Position numbers and translations under genes: made by a program. The notes under the pieces were generated by a model that saw nothing but the letters and a program-made list of their open reading frames with translations, did not search any database and had not been told where the DNA came from. From the NCBI GenBank assembly GCA_041659845.1, contig JBAZXM010000002.1:4-64003 (forward strand): a stretch of 64,000 nt of DNA, written 5' to 3'. Positions within the stretch are counted from its first letter, which is position 1. Every line of letters begins with the position of its first letter. Below are positions 17,904 through 28,289 of this stretch, piece by piece. Source of the stretch: Minisyncoccota bacterium (GTDB taxonomy: Bacteria; Patescibacteriota; Minisyncoccia; Phycocordibacterales; UBA9973).

Positions 17904-19805
17904 ATGTCAAAAATAATTGGAATTGATTTGGGTACAACAAATTCAGCGGTCGCAATCATTGAAGGCGGCCAGCCGAAGATCATAGAGAACATTGAAGGCG
18001 CACGCACGACGCCCTCTATTGCTGCGATTGCCAAGAATGGTGATCGGCTCGTCGGTCTTCTTGCAAAGCGTCAAGCAGTGACCAATCCTGAAAATACTAT
18101 TTACGGTATCAAACGCTTCATGGGTCACAACTTTGAAGATCCTGAAATTCAGAACAATATAAAAAGCATTTCTTTCAAAATGGAAAAAGGCCCGGATAGC
18201 GGCGTTTTGGTAAAAATGGGAGATAAAGCATATCGTCCTGAAGAGGTCTCTGCGATGATCCTCCAAAAAATCAAAGCCGATGTGGAGGCAAAGCTTGGTG
18301 AGAAGATTACTGAAGCTATCATCACCGTGCCTGCATATTTCAATGACGCACAGCGTAAGGCAACTACAGACGCTGGTGCGATTGCAGGCCTTAATGTGAA
18401 GCGCATCATCAACGAGCCTACGGCTGCAGCCCTCGCATACGGTTTCAATACTCGCAAGAATGAAAAGATTGTTGTTTACGATTTTGGCGGTGGAACATTT
18501 GATATTTCAGTACTCGAAGTCGGTGATGATGTCATTGAAGTGAAGTCTACTGACGGAGACTCACACATGGGTGGGCGCGATATCGATTACAAAATCATGG
18601 CGTATATTGCCGATGAATATAAAAAGGAATCCGGTATCGATGTCTCTAAGGATCCTCTAGCAAAGCAACGTCTCGATGAAGCTGCAGAAAAGGCAAAGCT
18701 CGAGCTTTCAACCACAATGGAGACGGAAATCAACATTCCATTCATCACTTCAGATGCATCGGGTCCGAAGCACCTTTTAATGAAGCTCACTCGCGCTAAG
18801 CTCGAAGAATTGGCTGCTGATTACATCAAACGCTCAATTGAGATCACAAAGAGAGCTATGGAAGCTTCTCCATTTAAAATAGCGGACATTAATGAAATTA
18901 TCATGGTCGGCGGGCAGACCCGCATGCCAGCGATTTTGAATGCTGTGAAGAGTTACTTCGGTAAAGAACCAAATCTCTCTATCAATCCTGATGAAGTCGT
19001 AGCACTCGGCGCAGCAGTACAAGGTGGTGTTCTTCAAGGCGAAGTCCGTGATGTACTCTTGCTTGATGTCATCCCACTTTCTCTCGGTATTGAAACGCTT
19101 GGAGGTGTAGGTACAAAATTGATTGAAAAGAATACTACGATTCCAGCATCTCGTTCGCAGGTATTCTCGACAGCAGCTGATAATCAGACATCTGTTGAGA
19201 TTCATATCGTGCAAGGCGAACGCCCGATGGCAAGCGACAATAAATCGCTCGGACGTTTTATTCTCGACGGTGTTCCACCAGCACCACGTGGTATGCCACA
19301 GGTGGAAGTTACTTTTGATGTGGACGCCAACGGAATCTTGAATGTGAAGGCGAAAGAAAAGACTTCTGGTAAAGAACAGAGTATTCGTATCGAAGCTGGT
19401 GGCGGACTTTCTAAAGACGACATCGCTCGTATGCAGGCAGATGCAGAATCACATGCAGAAGAAGACAAGAAAAAGAAGGATGCGGTTGATGCTAAGAATA
19501 CTGCCGAAATGATTATTTACAGTGCTGAGAAATCTCTCGCTGATGCGGGTGATAAAGTTCCTGCGGAAATTAAAACTTCAGTTGAAGAAAAGATTACTTC
19601 ACTTAAAGCTGTTAAAGACGGTGCGGATGTCGAAGCGATCACCAAAGCAACTTCTGAACTCTCAAATGAAATGCAAAAAATAGGCGAAGCTATGATGAAA
19701 AACCAGCAAACTGAACAGCCAGCTGGTGAACAAGCAACTCCCGAAAATCCTGAAGGTAATGTTCGTGATGCAGAAACAAAAGAAGGAGATGCTAGTGCAC
19801 AATAA
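17904..19805 (+). CDS. dnaK: molecular chaperone DnaK (Hsp70)
   Basis: [17 protein letters not shown].., DLGGGTFD, VPAYFND and a Glu-rich C-terminus. Confidence 0.95.
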   Translation: MSKIIGIDLGTTNSAVAIIEGGQPKIIENIEGARTTPSIAAIAKNGDRLVGLLAKRQAVTNPENTIYGIKRFMGHNFEDPEIQNNIKSISFKMEKGPDSGVLVKMGDKAYRPEEVSAMILQKIKADVEAKLGEKITEAIITVPAYFNDAQRKATTDAGAIAGLNVKRIINEPTAAALAYGFNTRKNEKIVVYDFGGGTFDISVLEVGDDVIEVKSTDGDSHMGGRDIDYKIMAYIADEYKKESGIDVSKDPLAKQRLDEAAEKAKLELSTTMETEINIPFITSDASGPKHLLMKLTRAKLEELAADYIKRSIEITKRAMEASPFKIADINEIIMVGGQTRMPAILNAVKSYFGKEPNLSINPDEVVALGAAVQGGVLQGEVRDVLLLDVIPLSLGIETLGGVGTKLIEKNTTIPASRSQVFSTAADNQTSVEIHIVQGERPMASDNKSLGRFILDGVPPAPRGMPQVEVTFDVDANGILNVKAKEKTSGKEQSIRIEAGGGLSKDDIARMQADAESHAEEDKKKKDAVDAKNTAEMIIYSAEKSLADAGDKVPAEIKTSVEEKITSLKAVKDGADVEAITKATSELSNEMQKIGEAMMKNQQTEQPAGEQATPENPEGNVRDAETKEGDASAQ

Positions 19806-19813
19806 ATAATTTA

Positions 19814-20896
19814 ATGAAGAAAGATTATTATGAAGTTTTAGGCATATCAAAGACTGCCTCAAAAGACGAAATCAAAAAAGCTTTTCACAAGCTTGCGCAC
19901 AAATACCATCCCGACAAAAAGGGAGGGGACGAAGCGCGCTTCAAAGAGGCGAGTGAGGCGTACCAGACACTCTCTGATGATACTAAGCGAAGTCAGTACG
20001 ATACATACGGACACAATTCTGCTGGCGCGCAAGGCAGCGGCTTTCAGGGCGGATTCGGAGGCAATGGCCAAGGATTCGGTTTTGATTTTTCTGGTGCGCA
20101 GGGCTTCGATATGGGTGACCTCGGCGATATTTTTGGTGACTTTTTTGGTGGAGGTATGGGCGGTAGGCAACAGAAAAGAGGACGAGATATTTCTACAGAA
20201 ATCCGTATTCCTTTTAAGGATGCGATTTTCGGCGCAGAGCGCGATATTGTGATTTCTAAAACTTCCACTTGTGATACTTGTAGTGGAACTGGTGGCAAGC
20301 CGGGCACAAAGATGAAAAAGTGTTCCACTTGCGATGGCAAGGGTCGCACTCGTCAAGCACAGCGCACTATTTTAGGTAGTGTGATGACTGAGCGCGTATG
20401 TGATGCTTGTCACGGTGTTGGGCAAATTCCTGAAGAAAAGTGCACCACTTGTCGTGGTTCCGGTGTTTACAATAAAAAAGAAGAAATTCATATCACAATT
20501 CCTGCAGGAATTCAAAATGGACAAATGCTCCGTATGAACGGCATGGGTGAAGCAATTTCGCATGGTGGATCAGGTGATCTTTATATTAAAATTCTCGCTG
20601 AAAATCATCTTGTCTTCCGACGAGAAGGTGCGAATTTGTTGATGGATTTGAATATCAAACTCTCTGATGCGCTTCTAGGCACAGAGTATAAACTTGAAAC
20701 ACTCGATGGTCCGCTTACGGTAAAAATTCCCGAAGGTATTTCTCCGAATGAAATTCTGCGCGTCAAAGAAAAAGGCGTGCCAATTTCCAAATCAAAACGT
20801 GGTGATATTCTCATCACTATTCATATTAAACTCCCACACAAACTTTCCAAAAACTCCCGCGAACTGATTGAGAAATTAAAAGAAGAAGGAGTATAG
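19814..20896 (+). CDS. dnaJ: chaperone DnaJ
   Basis: J-domain with HPD (YHPDKK), a G/F-rich region and four CxxCxGxG zinc-finger repeats. Confidence 0.95.
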   Translation: MKKDYYEVLGISKTASKDEIKKAFHKLAHKYHPDKKGGDEARFKEASEAYQTLSDDTKRSQYDTYGHNSAGAQGSGFQGGFGGNGQGFGFDFSGAQGFDMGDLGDIFGDFFGGGMGGRQQKRGRDISTEIRIPFKDAIFGAERDIVISKTSTCDTCSGTGGKPGTKMKKCSTCDGKGRTRQAQRTILGSVMTERVCDACHGVGQIPEEKCTTCRGSGVYNKKEEIHITIPAGIQNGQMLRMNGMGEAISHGGSGDLYIKILAENHLVFRREGANLLMDLNIKLSDALLGTEYKLETLDGPLTVKIPEGISPNEILRVKEKGVPISKSKRGDILITIHIKLPHKLSKNSRELIEKLKEEGV

Positions 20897-20899
20897 AAA

Positions 20900-20941
20900 C
20901 CTCATCTACAATCTACGCCATGGCGTAGATTGTAGATGAGG
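20900..20941. repeat. perfect 42-bp palindrome CCTCATCTACAATCTACGCCATGGCGTAGATTGTAGATGAGG (family member 2)
   Basis: Direct read. It shares the outer CATCTACAA..TTGTAGATG arms and the CGCCATGGCG core with the 15807-15842 element. It lies immediately after the dnaJ stop. Confidence 0.9.
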
Positions 20942-21017
20942 TTGGTTGTATTTATAAAAAGTGATACGATAGGAGGGTTATTAAATAATATAAGTTGGAC
21001 GCATTTATTTTTATTTT

Positions 21018-24000
21018 ATGCATCATGTATATATTTTTAGCCATCGATTAAAAAAATATTTCTCCACTAAATTGCCAGCGTTTTTGCTGGCCTTTTTATT
21101 TATTTTTTCACCGGTAGCTCAAATTTTTGCAGAAGAAGTATCACAATCTTCAACTGCAGAAAATATTGAAACACAAGCACCAGAAATTAATCAAACTGAA
21201 ACAACACCAACACCTGAACCCGAACCTCAAAGCCAAGAATCTAACTCAAGCCAATCTTTATCTCAAGCACCAATCTCAAGTTCAACTGCAAATACAAATC
21301 TACCGCCATCAAGTATTAAAGTATTGCTTCCGGAGGCAGACCAAACGACAGGTGCTCTTGTATACAGTTATCCAATAGCTATTCCGTCAGGACGAAATGG
21401 TTTACAACCAGATTTAGGACTTACATATAATAGCCAAAACATGCAGGAGGGTAGTATTTTTGGATCAGGATGGTCGGTAAATATTCCGCAAATTGAACGG
21501 ATTAATCGAAAAGGTTCTGAAAAGCTATATACAGAAAATTATTTCTCCTCCTCACTTGATAGTGAGCTGGTGGAAGTATTCTCAAATGTTTATGCTCCAA
21601 AGGTTGAGAATGGTAGTTTTAATAAATATGAATTTTCTAACAATATTTGGACAGTAACGGATAAAAAAGGAACTGTATATAAATTCGGTCAGACTGCAGT
21701 TTCCCGACAAGATGATCCAAACGATAGTACTAAAGTCTACACATGGACGCTTGAAGAGATAAGAGACACAAACGATAATTATATAAAATATGAATACTAT
21801 AAAGATGATGGACAGATTTATCCTTCTCGCATAATTTACACTGGGAATGGAATAACTGATGGCATTTTTGAAATCAATTTCCTTCGCCAATCGCGAACAG
21901 ATATTGCTCCGATAAACAAGACAGGCTTCAGTGTAAGTACTAATTATCGTGTTTACGAAGTTGATATAAAGACAAGCGGAATATTAACTCATAAATATGA
22001 AATTAGTTACACAACAGGAGATAACGGTGTCCGCTCGCTAGTAAATAGTATTACTGAATCAGGTATCAACCAGGCGACAGGTATAATAACTACACTTCCT
22101 CCGACATCTTTTTCTTATCAAACTAGTACTGCCGGATGGACGCAAGATACTTCCTTAACCGTTCCTGTGACATTTGTTTGGCCGTCTGGTCAAGATGCTG
22201 CAGTCCGTATTCTTGATGTAAATTCTGACGGCTTGCAAGATCTTGTCGTTTCGAGTGGATCATCAGGTGTGAAATCTGTGTATTTAAATAATGGCGGTGG
22301 CTGGGTAGAAGATACTTCTTGGGTAATACCGGAATATATTGTTGATGCCGGGAATAGTGATACAGGTTTTCGATTTTTGGATATAAACGGAGATAATTTG
22401 CCAGATATTATTTTATCAAGATTATGGGATTATAACGGCGATAATACCAAGCATGTGTATATCAATAATGGCAGTGGTTGGGTAGAAGATTTCACTTGGA
22501 CAATACCGGTATATTTTTCAATCCCAGGAGGCGTTGATCCAGGTTCTCGAATTGCCGATATAAATGGTGATGGTCTTCCTGATTTATTAGTTTCAGAAAG
22601 GATGAGTGATACTCAAAAAGTCTATATCAATAATGGTACTAATTGGGTATATGATCAAGCGTGGGTTATTCCGATGTATTTTACTAATATATTTTCGCGT
22701 GACGAAGGTACTATCCTTACTGATATTAACGGCGATGGGCAAGCAGATATTCTTTGGTCGAATAATGCCTTGTCGATGAAGTCTGTTTACATTAATACCG
22801 GCACAGGGTGGACTGAAGATACTACATGGGGGACTATTCCGGAATATTTTCTTGACGGGTCTCGTAAAGACAGAGGGGTACGATTCGCAGATATAAATAG
22901 TGATGGACTGATGGATATTTTGATTTCATATCTCGTGCAAGATAATCAATATGGTCGTACAGAAGAAAAGCATGTTTACATAAATACTGGCAAGGGCTGG
23001 ACGGAAAATACTTCAATCACCATCCCAGTTTTCTTTGTTGATCCTGGCAATGGCGACACTGGCGCTCGTATCAGCGATAATAAGGGTTCAAATTTGTCAG
23101 GTATTATTTTATCAAAACACTTACAGCCTAATTTAGACCAAAAGGAAGCATACAATAAAAATGGTAAAAGGTCAGATCTTCTTTCGCGTATTACATATTC
23201 TACAGGAGGAACAACTGACATCACATATAAATCATCAACACAATATAAAGATGGAAGTACAATATCAAACCCTAATCTTCCATTCGCATTTGATACGGTG
23301 CATCAATTATCTACAAATGATAATAATGGAAATATTTCAACCACTACATACGATTACGAAAATGGTAAGTATTATTTCAATACGCCTTTTGATAGAAAGT
23401 TCGCAGGGTTCGGCGCAATTACAAAAATAGATTCTGTAGGAAATACTGTAAAAACATATTTTCACCAAGGGGATGCCACCAATTCTTCACAAGGAGAATA
23501 CGATGATCATTCTTCAAAAATTGGCAAACCATATCTTATCGAATTCGCTGATGCATCGGGGAATATTTATTCTCGCACTATTAATAAATGGGAAAAGACT
23601 AGCTTAGGAACTGGTCGTGATTTTATTTACCAAAGTCAAAAGATTGATATGGTTTATGACGGCAATGCAACACACAAAGATATTGCCACGGAGTATACCT
23701 ACGATACAGTAAATGGTAACCTTCTCACCCAAGTAAATAGAGGGGAAGTAAATGCTTTACTGAACGGTACATTTACAGATACTGGTAGTGATATGAGCAC
23801 TGCAACTTATACATATAACCAAAATACATCAACAAATGTTTATGCTCCTCAAAATATTATTGTAACGGACGGTCTTTCAAATAAAATTCAAGAATCAAAA
23901 TATTATTATGATGCTTTGGCATATGGGTCAATTAGTAAAGGTAATCCCACAAAAGTAGAGAATTGGAAATCCGGCACATCATATATCTCAACAGAAAAGA

Positions 24001-27000
24001 CATACAATAATTATGGTCTCGTGACTTCTGATAAAGATGCTCGCGGCAAGATTACTTCATATACTTATGATTCGAATAATCTTTACCCGATAACAATTAC
24101 TAACCCACTCAACCACACTATTCAATACACACATGATTCTAGTACGGGCAAAGTCCTTACTACGACAGACCAAAACGGTGTCGTATATATAAATACTTAT
24201 GACGGTTTAGGGAGAATCAAGGAAGAAAAAATTCCGGGCACTATCGCTCCGTATTCTCCGGTTCTAAAAACAGACTATGTTTATACAGACACCTCCGGAG
24301 CAGTCGCAATTCAAAAAACCGAGTATCTCGATGCCTCAAATACCGTTGATACTTATCAGTATTTTGATGGATTGAATCGTCTTACACAAGAAAGGACGGA
24401 AGCGGAAATGGCGGGCGATTTTAATGTTCGTGATATTATTTACAACAATCTCGGCCTTCTTGAAAAAGAATCGTTAAAATATCAAAGTACTGGAAGTGTA
24501 AAGACCACACCGACAACTATACAAGCTCTTTATACCTCGAATACCTACGATCTGTTACAGCGCGTTTTGACTGCAACTAATGCATCCGGTACGACAAGCA
24601 ATATATATGACGGTTGGAAGGTATCTATTACTGATGCAAAAGGTAATGTAAAAAATTTCTACAAAGATGCTTACGGCAATCTCATAAAAGTCGAAGAAAA
24701 AAACGGAACAAGTACATATACGACACTCTATGAATGGAATCTCAACCAGAAACTTACAAAGATTACTGATGCTTTGGGGAATATTCGTAATTTCACCTAC
24801 GATGCTCTGGGTCAGCGTTTAACTGCGGAAGATCTTCACACTCCTACGGATACTACATTCGGCACGTGGACATATACATATGATGACGCTGGTAATATCA
24901 CTCAGACAACGAATCCAAGAGGCCAGATCATTACTTCTACTTATGATGACCTCAATCGAATTCTTACTGAAAGTGTCACTGGCGCACCTCTCGTGGGCGC
25001 TATATATGTGTACGATGTTTGTCTAAATGGTATAGGGAAACTGTGCAATGCTCTGGTGAAAGAAGGATCGACAAACACAGCGTATGCCTATGATTCTCGA
25101 GGGGGAGTCGCACTTGAAACGAAAACAATCAGTGCAATTGCATATCCTACTTCATATACTTACAATCACCAAAATAATATTCTCTCAATCACAACTCCCG
25201 ATTTGGCGGTCACGCAGTACACCTACAATCAAGGCGGGCTATTGGAAAAAATTGAAGTCAAAGAAGCCGGCGGCGCATTTGCAAATATCATTTCAAATTT
25301 TGATTATAATCCGATGGGTCAGATTACTACGCAGAATTTTGCAAACGGTGTTATTACGACCAATACTTATGATTCAGCAAATTTGTACCGCCTAACTCGT
25401 CGTCTAACTCAGAATTCCGCTCTGGAGAAATTACAAGATCTCAATTATACATATGACAATGTCGGAAATATTACCCAGATTATAGATTCATCCAATACCA
25501 ACGGAGCCAAGACTTCAGTATTTGCATATGATGATTTGTATCGTCTTATTTCTACTACAGTTACAAATTCAGCAAACGCTCAAAATTACGCGCAGGCCTA
25601 CACATACGATGCTCTAGGGAATATTCTCACTGGGCCGGCGGGGGCGTATCTTTATCAAGGTAGTACTGGAACAAGTAAAGCTAATTCGCATGCTGTGACT
25701 TCTATAAACGGCGCTGTAATTACTTATGACAATGATGGTAATGTATTAACGAGTGGTGCGCTTACTAACACATGGAATTATCGTGATCAATTAAGTCAGA
25801 CGATAAAACAAACGCCAAGCGTGGTCATAAGTGTTCCAGAAGTGCTAGTATCAGGAATGTCTTTGAGTGCTGTGCCTGTAAAAAACAGTCTTTTAAATAC
25901 TAGAACGTTTGAATCTGCTTCAACTGCCAAAATAATCCAGCCAATTAATGTTTCTGTTCCAATCACAATGAATTATTACTATGACCACACAGGTAGCCGA
26001 GTCTGGTATAAGGTGGATGCAGTAAGTACATATTATCCAAACAAGTTTTATAATACGAGTGGTACGAAAAAAACTAAGAAAATTTTTGCCGGCAATACTC
26101 TCGTCGCGAGCATTGAAACTGTAATCTCAGGGATGACGCCCGTATTAGAAATCAAAACACTGAGTTCTTTGACCAGTTTGGGCGGTTCTTCTGTCGGTGG
26201 TGTTACTACTCCAACAAAGACTATTACCCTGTATTATGTCCACACAGATCATGTTTTGGGTTCAAGCGTCATATCCAATCAATCAGGTACAAAAGTAGAA
26301 CTTCTAGACTACTATCCTTTCGGTCAAATCCGCCTTGATGAGAAAACTGGGAGTTTCAGCGAGCAAAGGAAATTCGGGGGACATATCTACGACCAAGAAA
26401 CAGATTTGAACTATTTGGGCGCAAGGTATTATAATGGAACATGGGGGAGATTTGCATCACAGGATTCCATGTTTTGGAGTCTACCAGATAGTTACCTGCT
26501 TGATCCTCAACAGCAAAATAGCTATAGTTATGCGAGAAATAATCCTGTGGTTTATGTTGATCCAGATGGGAATAGTGCACAATTACCTGCGGGACTCATA
26601 AGTGTCTATCAGTCAATTAAGCAAATATTTACCAATGCTTTTGGTGGACAAAAAAATAATAGTACTCCAGCCCAAGTTACAACTCCAACCCCTAAAGCTC
26701 AACAGGCACAAACTTCAAAAGTAGGACCAGGAGATTATCCGGGTGATGGACATATAAAAAGTGATTATATCAAAATAACTTTTGATCCTGGAGCAGATAA
26801 TTCCCTAAACCAAAAGGCTGTAAATGGTTATGAACAAATATTCGAACAAGCAAGTCAAAGAGGTATAACTTCTGTTAATTTTTCTTCTACGGCTAGATTA
26901 GATAAAGAAAAATTTTCTTGGCATAATTATGGTCTTGCTGGAGATATAAATATTGTTAATGGAATTCATGTTTCAAAAGATAATTCTTATGCAAAAACAT

Positions 27001-27149
27001 TACAGAATGTAATAGATAAAACTCCTGGAGTAAGGGAAAATTTTGGCCCCTTCATAATTAATCATAGTAGTAAAGTGTACTCAATGGAGCAATATGATAC
27101 TTTAAGCAAGGGACATCAAGATCATGTTCATACTTCGTTTAATAAGTAG
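21018..27149 (+). CDS. giant secreted polymorphic toxin combining TcB-like and TcC/RHS-like parts with a C-terminal LAS/M15-type zinc-peptidase toxin domain
   Basis: In order along the protein: a signal peptide; a T/P/S/Q-rich linker; an SpvB-like domain (GALVYSYPIAIPSGRNGLQPDLGLTYNSQN..GSGWSVNIPQIERINRKG); at least five DxNxDGxxD FG-GAP/VCBS loops (LDVNSDGLQDLV, DINGDNLPDII, ADINGDGLPDLL, TDINGDGQADIL, ADINSDGLMDIL); many YD repeats (YTYDALGN, YDGLGR, YDDLNR..); and the RHS core (LYYVHTDHVLGSS..YYPFGQIR..RKFGGHIYDQETDLNYLGARYYNGTWGRFASQDS..YVDPDGN). The tip carries SWHNYGLAGD ... DHVH. Confidence 0.85.
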   Translation: MHHVYIFSHRLKKYFSTKLPAFLLAFLFIFSPVAQIFAEEVSQSSTAENIETQAPEINQTETTPTPEPEPQSQESNSSQSLSQAPISSSTANTNLPPSSIKVLLPEADQTTGALVYSYPIAIPSGRNGLQPDLGLTYNSQNMQEGSIFGSGWSVNIPQIERINRKGSEKLYTENYFSSSLDSELVEVFSNVYAPKVENGSFNKYEFSNNIWTVTDKKGTVYKFGQTAVSRQDDPNDSTKVYTWTLEEIRDTNDNYIKYEYYKDDGQIYPSRIIYTGNGITDGIFEINFLRQSRTDIAPINKTGFSVSTNYRVYEVDIKTSGILTHKYEISYTTGDNGVRSLVNSITESGINQATGIITTLPPTSFSYQTSTAGWTQDTSLTVPVTFVWPSGQDAAVRILDVNSDGLQDLVVSSGSSGVKSVYLNNGGGWVEDTSWVIPEYIVDAGNSDTGFRFLDINGDNLPDIILSRLWDYNGDNTKHVYINNGSGWVEDFTWTIPVYFSIPGGVDPGSRIADINGDGLPDLLVSERMSDTQKVYINNGTNWVYDQAWVIPMYFTNIFSRDEGTILTDINGDGQADILWSNNALSMKSVYINTGTGWTEDTTWGTIPEYFLDGSRKDRGVRFADINSDGLMDILISYLVQDNQYGRTEEKHVYINTGKGWTENTSITIPVFFVDPGNGDTGARISDNKGSNLSGIILSKHLQPNLDQKEAYNKNGKRSDLLSRITYSTGGTTDITYKSSTQYKDGSTISNPNLPFAFDTVHQLSTNDNNGNISTTTYDYENGKYYFNTPFDRKFAGFGAITKIDSVGNTVKTYFHQGDATNSSQGEYDDHSSKIGKPYLIEFADASGNIYSRTINKWEKTSLGTGRDFIYQSQKIDMVYDGNATHKDIATEYTYDTVNGNLLTQVNRGEVNALLNGTFTDTGSDMSTATYTYNQNTSTNVYAPQNIIVTDGLSNKIQESKYYYDALAYGSISKGNPTKVENWKSGTSYISTEKTYNNYGLVTSDKDARGKITSYTYDSNNLYPITITNPLNHTIQYTHDSSTGKVLTTTDQNGVVYINTYDGLGRIKEEKIPGTIAPYSPVLKTDYVYTDTSGAVAIQKTEYLDASNTVDTYQYFDGLNRLTQERTEAEMAGDFNVRDIIYNNLGLLEKESLKYQSTGSVKTTPTTIQALYTSNTYDLLQRVLTATNASGTTSNIYDGWKVSITDAKGNVKNFYKDAYGNLIKVEEKNGTSTYTTLYEWNLNQKLTKITDALGNIRNFTYDALGQRLTAEDLHTPTDTTFGTWTYTYDDAGNITQTTNPRGQIITSTYDDLNRILTESVTGAPLVGAIYVYDVCLNGIGKLCNALVKEGSTNTAYAYDSRGGVALETKTISAIAYPTSYTYNHQNNILSITTPDLAVTQYTYNQGGLLEKIEVKEAGGAFANIISNFDYNPMGQITTQNFANGVITTNTYDSANLYRLTRRLTQNSALEKLQDLNYTYDNVGNITQIIDSSNTNGAKTSVFAYDDLYRLISTTVTNSANAQNYAQAYTYDALGNILTGPAGAYLYQGSTGTSKANSHAVTSINGAVITYDNDGNVLTSGALTNTWNYRDQLSQTIKQTPSVVISVPEVLVSGMSLSAVPVKNSLLNTRTFESASTAKIIQPINVSVPITMNYYYDHTGSRVWYKVDAVSTYYPNKFYNTSGTKKTKKIFAGNTLVASIETVISGMTPVLEIKTLSSLTSLGGSSVGGVTTPTKTITLYYVHTDHVLGSSVISNQSGTKVELLDYYPFGQIRLDEKTGSFSEQRKFGGHIYDQETDLNYLGARYYNGTWGRFASQDSMFWSLPDSYLLDPQQQNSYSYARNNPVVYVDPDGNSAQLPAGLISVYQSIKQIFTNAFGGQKNNSTPAQVTTPTPKAQQAQTSKVGPGDYPGDGHIKSDYIKITFDPGADNSLNQKAVNGYEQIFEQASQRGITSVNFSSTARLDKEKFSWHNYGLAGDINIVNGIHVSKDNSYAKTLQNVIDKTPGVRENFGPFIINHSSKVYSMEQYDTLSKGHQDHVHTSFNK
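26574..27149 (+). other. C-terminal toxin domain of the RHS protein, predicted LAS-family (M15/VanY/L-Ala-D-Glu peptidase-like) zinc peptidase
   Basis: It starts right after the DPDGN autoproteolysis motif. An SxHxxGxAxD motif (KFSWHNYGLAGD) and a C-terminal DxxH plus H (HQDHVH) match the His-Asp-His zinc ligands of LAS enzymes. Confidence 0.6.
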
Positions 27150-27158
27150 ATAAAAAAT

Positions 27159-27593
27159 ATGAAAAATATATTAAAAATTTTGTTTCTTATATTAATAATA
27201 CTGGGAATATATATCATTACTAAACCAAAGCTATCATTTGGTACTTTTACAAATATCCCGGAAAATTTAAAAGATTCTGGCTGTACTTTTTATTGGACAG
27301 AACAAGATGTAAGCAATAAAAATTATGCACTAGTCTCTACTTTTGGAAATACAGAAAATTTAGAACCCAATGCTATTATTTTTATAAATAATAAATTAGA
27401 AGAATTAAATACAAAAGACAGTGATTATCTTTATAAATATAAATATGAAAATAGTAAATATGCTATCAATATAAAAGTTATTAGAAGTACTCTTAACGGG
27501 AATGAAAGTTATTATGAAGAGGGCATTTTAACAGCCAAAGACAATAAGGGAAACAGCATATTACGTAATATTATAGGATATTGCGGAGTTTAA
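27159..27593 (+). CDS. candidate immunity protein for the peptidase toxin (small exported/membrane-anchored protein)
   Basis: 144 aa with a signal anchor (MKNILKILFLILIILGIYIITKP). It starts 10 nt after the toxin stop and is very AT-rich. Confidence 0.45.
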   Translation: MKNILKILFLILIILGIYIITKPKLSFGTFTNIPENLKDSGCTFYWTEQDVSNKNYALVSTFGNTENLEPNAIIFINNKLEELNTKDSDYLYKYKYENSKYAINIKVIRSTLNGNESYYEEGILTAKDNKGNSILRNIIGYCGV

Positions 27594-27638
27594 ATATTAA
27601 TTTAACCGAGTATAAATTGAGCCAGTTGTTTCTAGATT

Positions 27639-28256
27639 ATGTATAAAATAGGAAAGAAAATAGGAATAAATGATAAAAATATATACAGCACAGTTTTTAT
27701 TGTAATTGTTTTTATTACTCTATCAACGTTTTTCTTAAAAAGTTCTTCTAAAAATAATCAACCTATAGAAATTATTAATAACAATCAATTTAAAGAATGG
27801 AATAATTTTTTTGTTAAAAATACAGAAATTTTTACAACCAGTGATTGGTTTACATATGAAGGTAAAAATATAGGCGAATTTTCAATCGCCCTTCCAAATG
27901 ATTGGAAATTAGAAGGAAGTGTTTTTACAAATAACAATGATCAAAAAGTTGCAGAATTTTCTCCAGGTCTGGTTCAATTAAAAAATAATCAGAGTTGTTT
28001 TGATGTTGAATGGAGTAATGAAGATGGAGAGAGTGAAATGATCTCCCTAAATGATATTGAGATAGGGTCATTAAAAGGCAAACTACTTGTTGAAAAAGCG
28101 CCCGCATGGGAGGAAAGTGCTAATAAATATTTATATCCATATTTTTATTGTTTATCAAATGGACATAACGCTTTTGTAATGACTTTTTATGAATGGAATT
28201 TGGAATTAACTGATACAGAGTTACATAATAAAATTCTTAGTACATTGAGGTTCTAA
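27639..28256 (+). CDS. hypothetical membrane-anchored protein (possible orphan immunity gene)
   Basis: 205 aa with an N-terminal TM (IYSTVFIVIVFITLSTFFL). AT-rich. Confidence 0.4.
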   Translation: MYKIGKKIGINDKNIYSTVFIVIVFITLSTFFLKSSSKNNQPIEIINNNQFKEWNNFFVKNTEIFTTSDWFTYEGKNIGEFSIALPNDWKLEGSVFTNNNDQKVAEFSPGLVQLKNNQSCFDVEWSNEDGESEMISLNDIEIGSLKGKLLVEKAPAWEESANKYLYPYFYCLSNGHNAFVMTFYEWNLELTDTELHNKILSTLRF

Positions 28257-28289
28257 AATAGATCGCTGCCGTTAAACAATTTTTCTTAT

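Noticed and set aside
19859-20356. 165-aa minus-strand ORF, and other antisense ORFs (20044-20349, 18149-18457, 17943-18266, 19202-19468), inside dnaK and dnaJ
   Set aside because: They are fully embedded antisense to highly conserved chaperone genes. They are low-complexity shadow ORFs with no RBS or homology.
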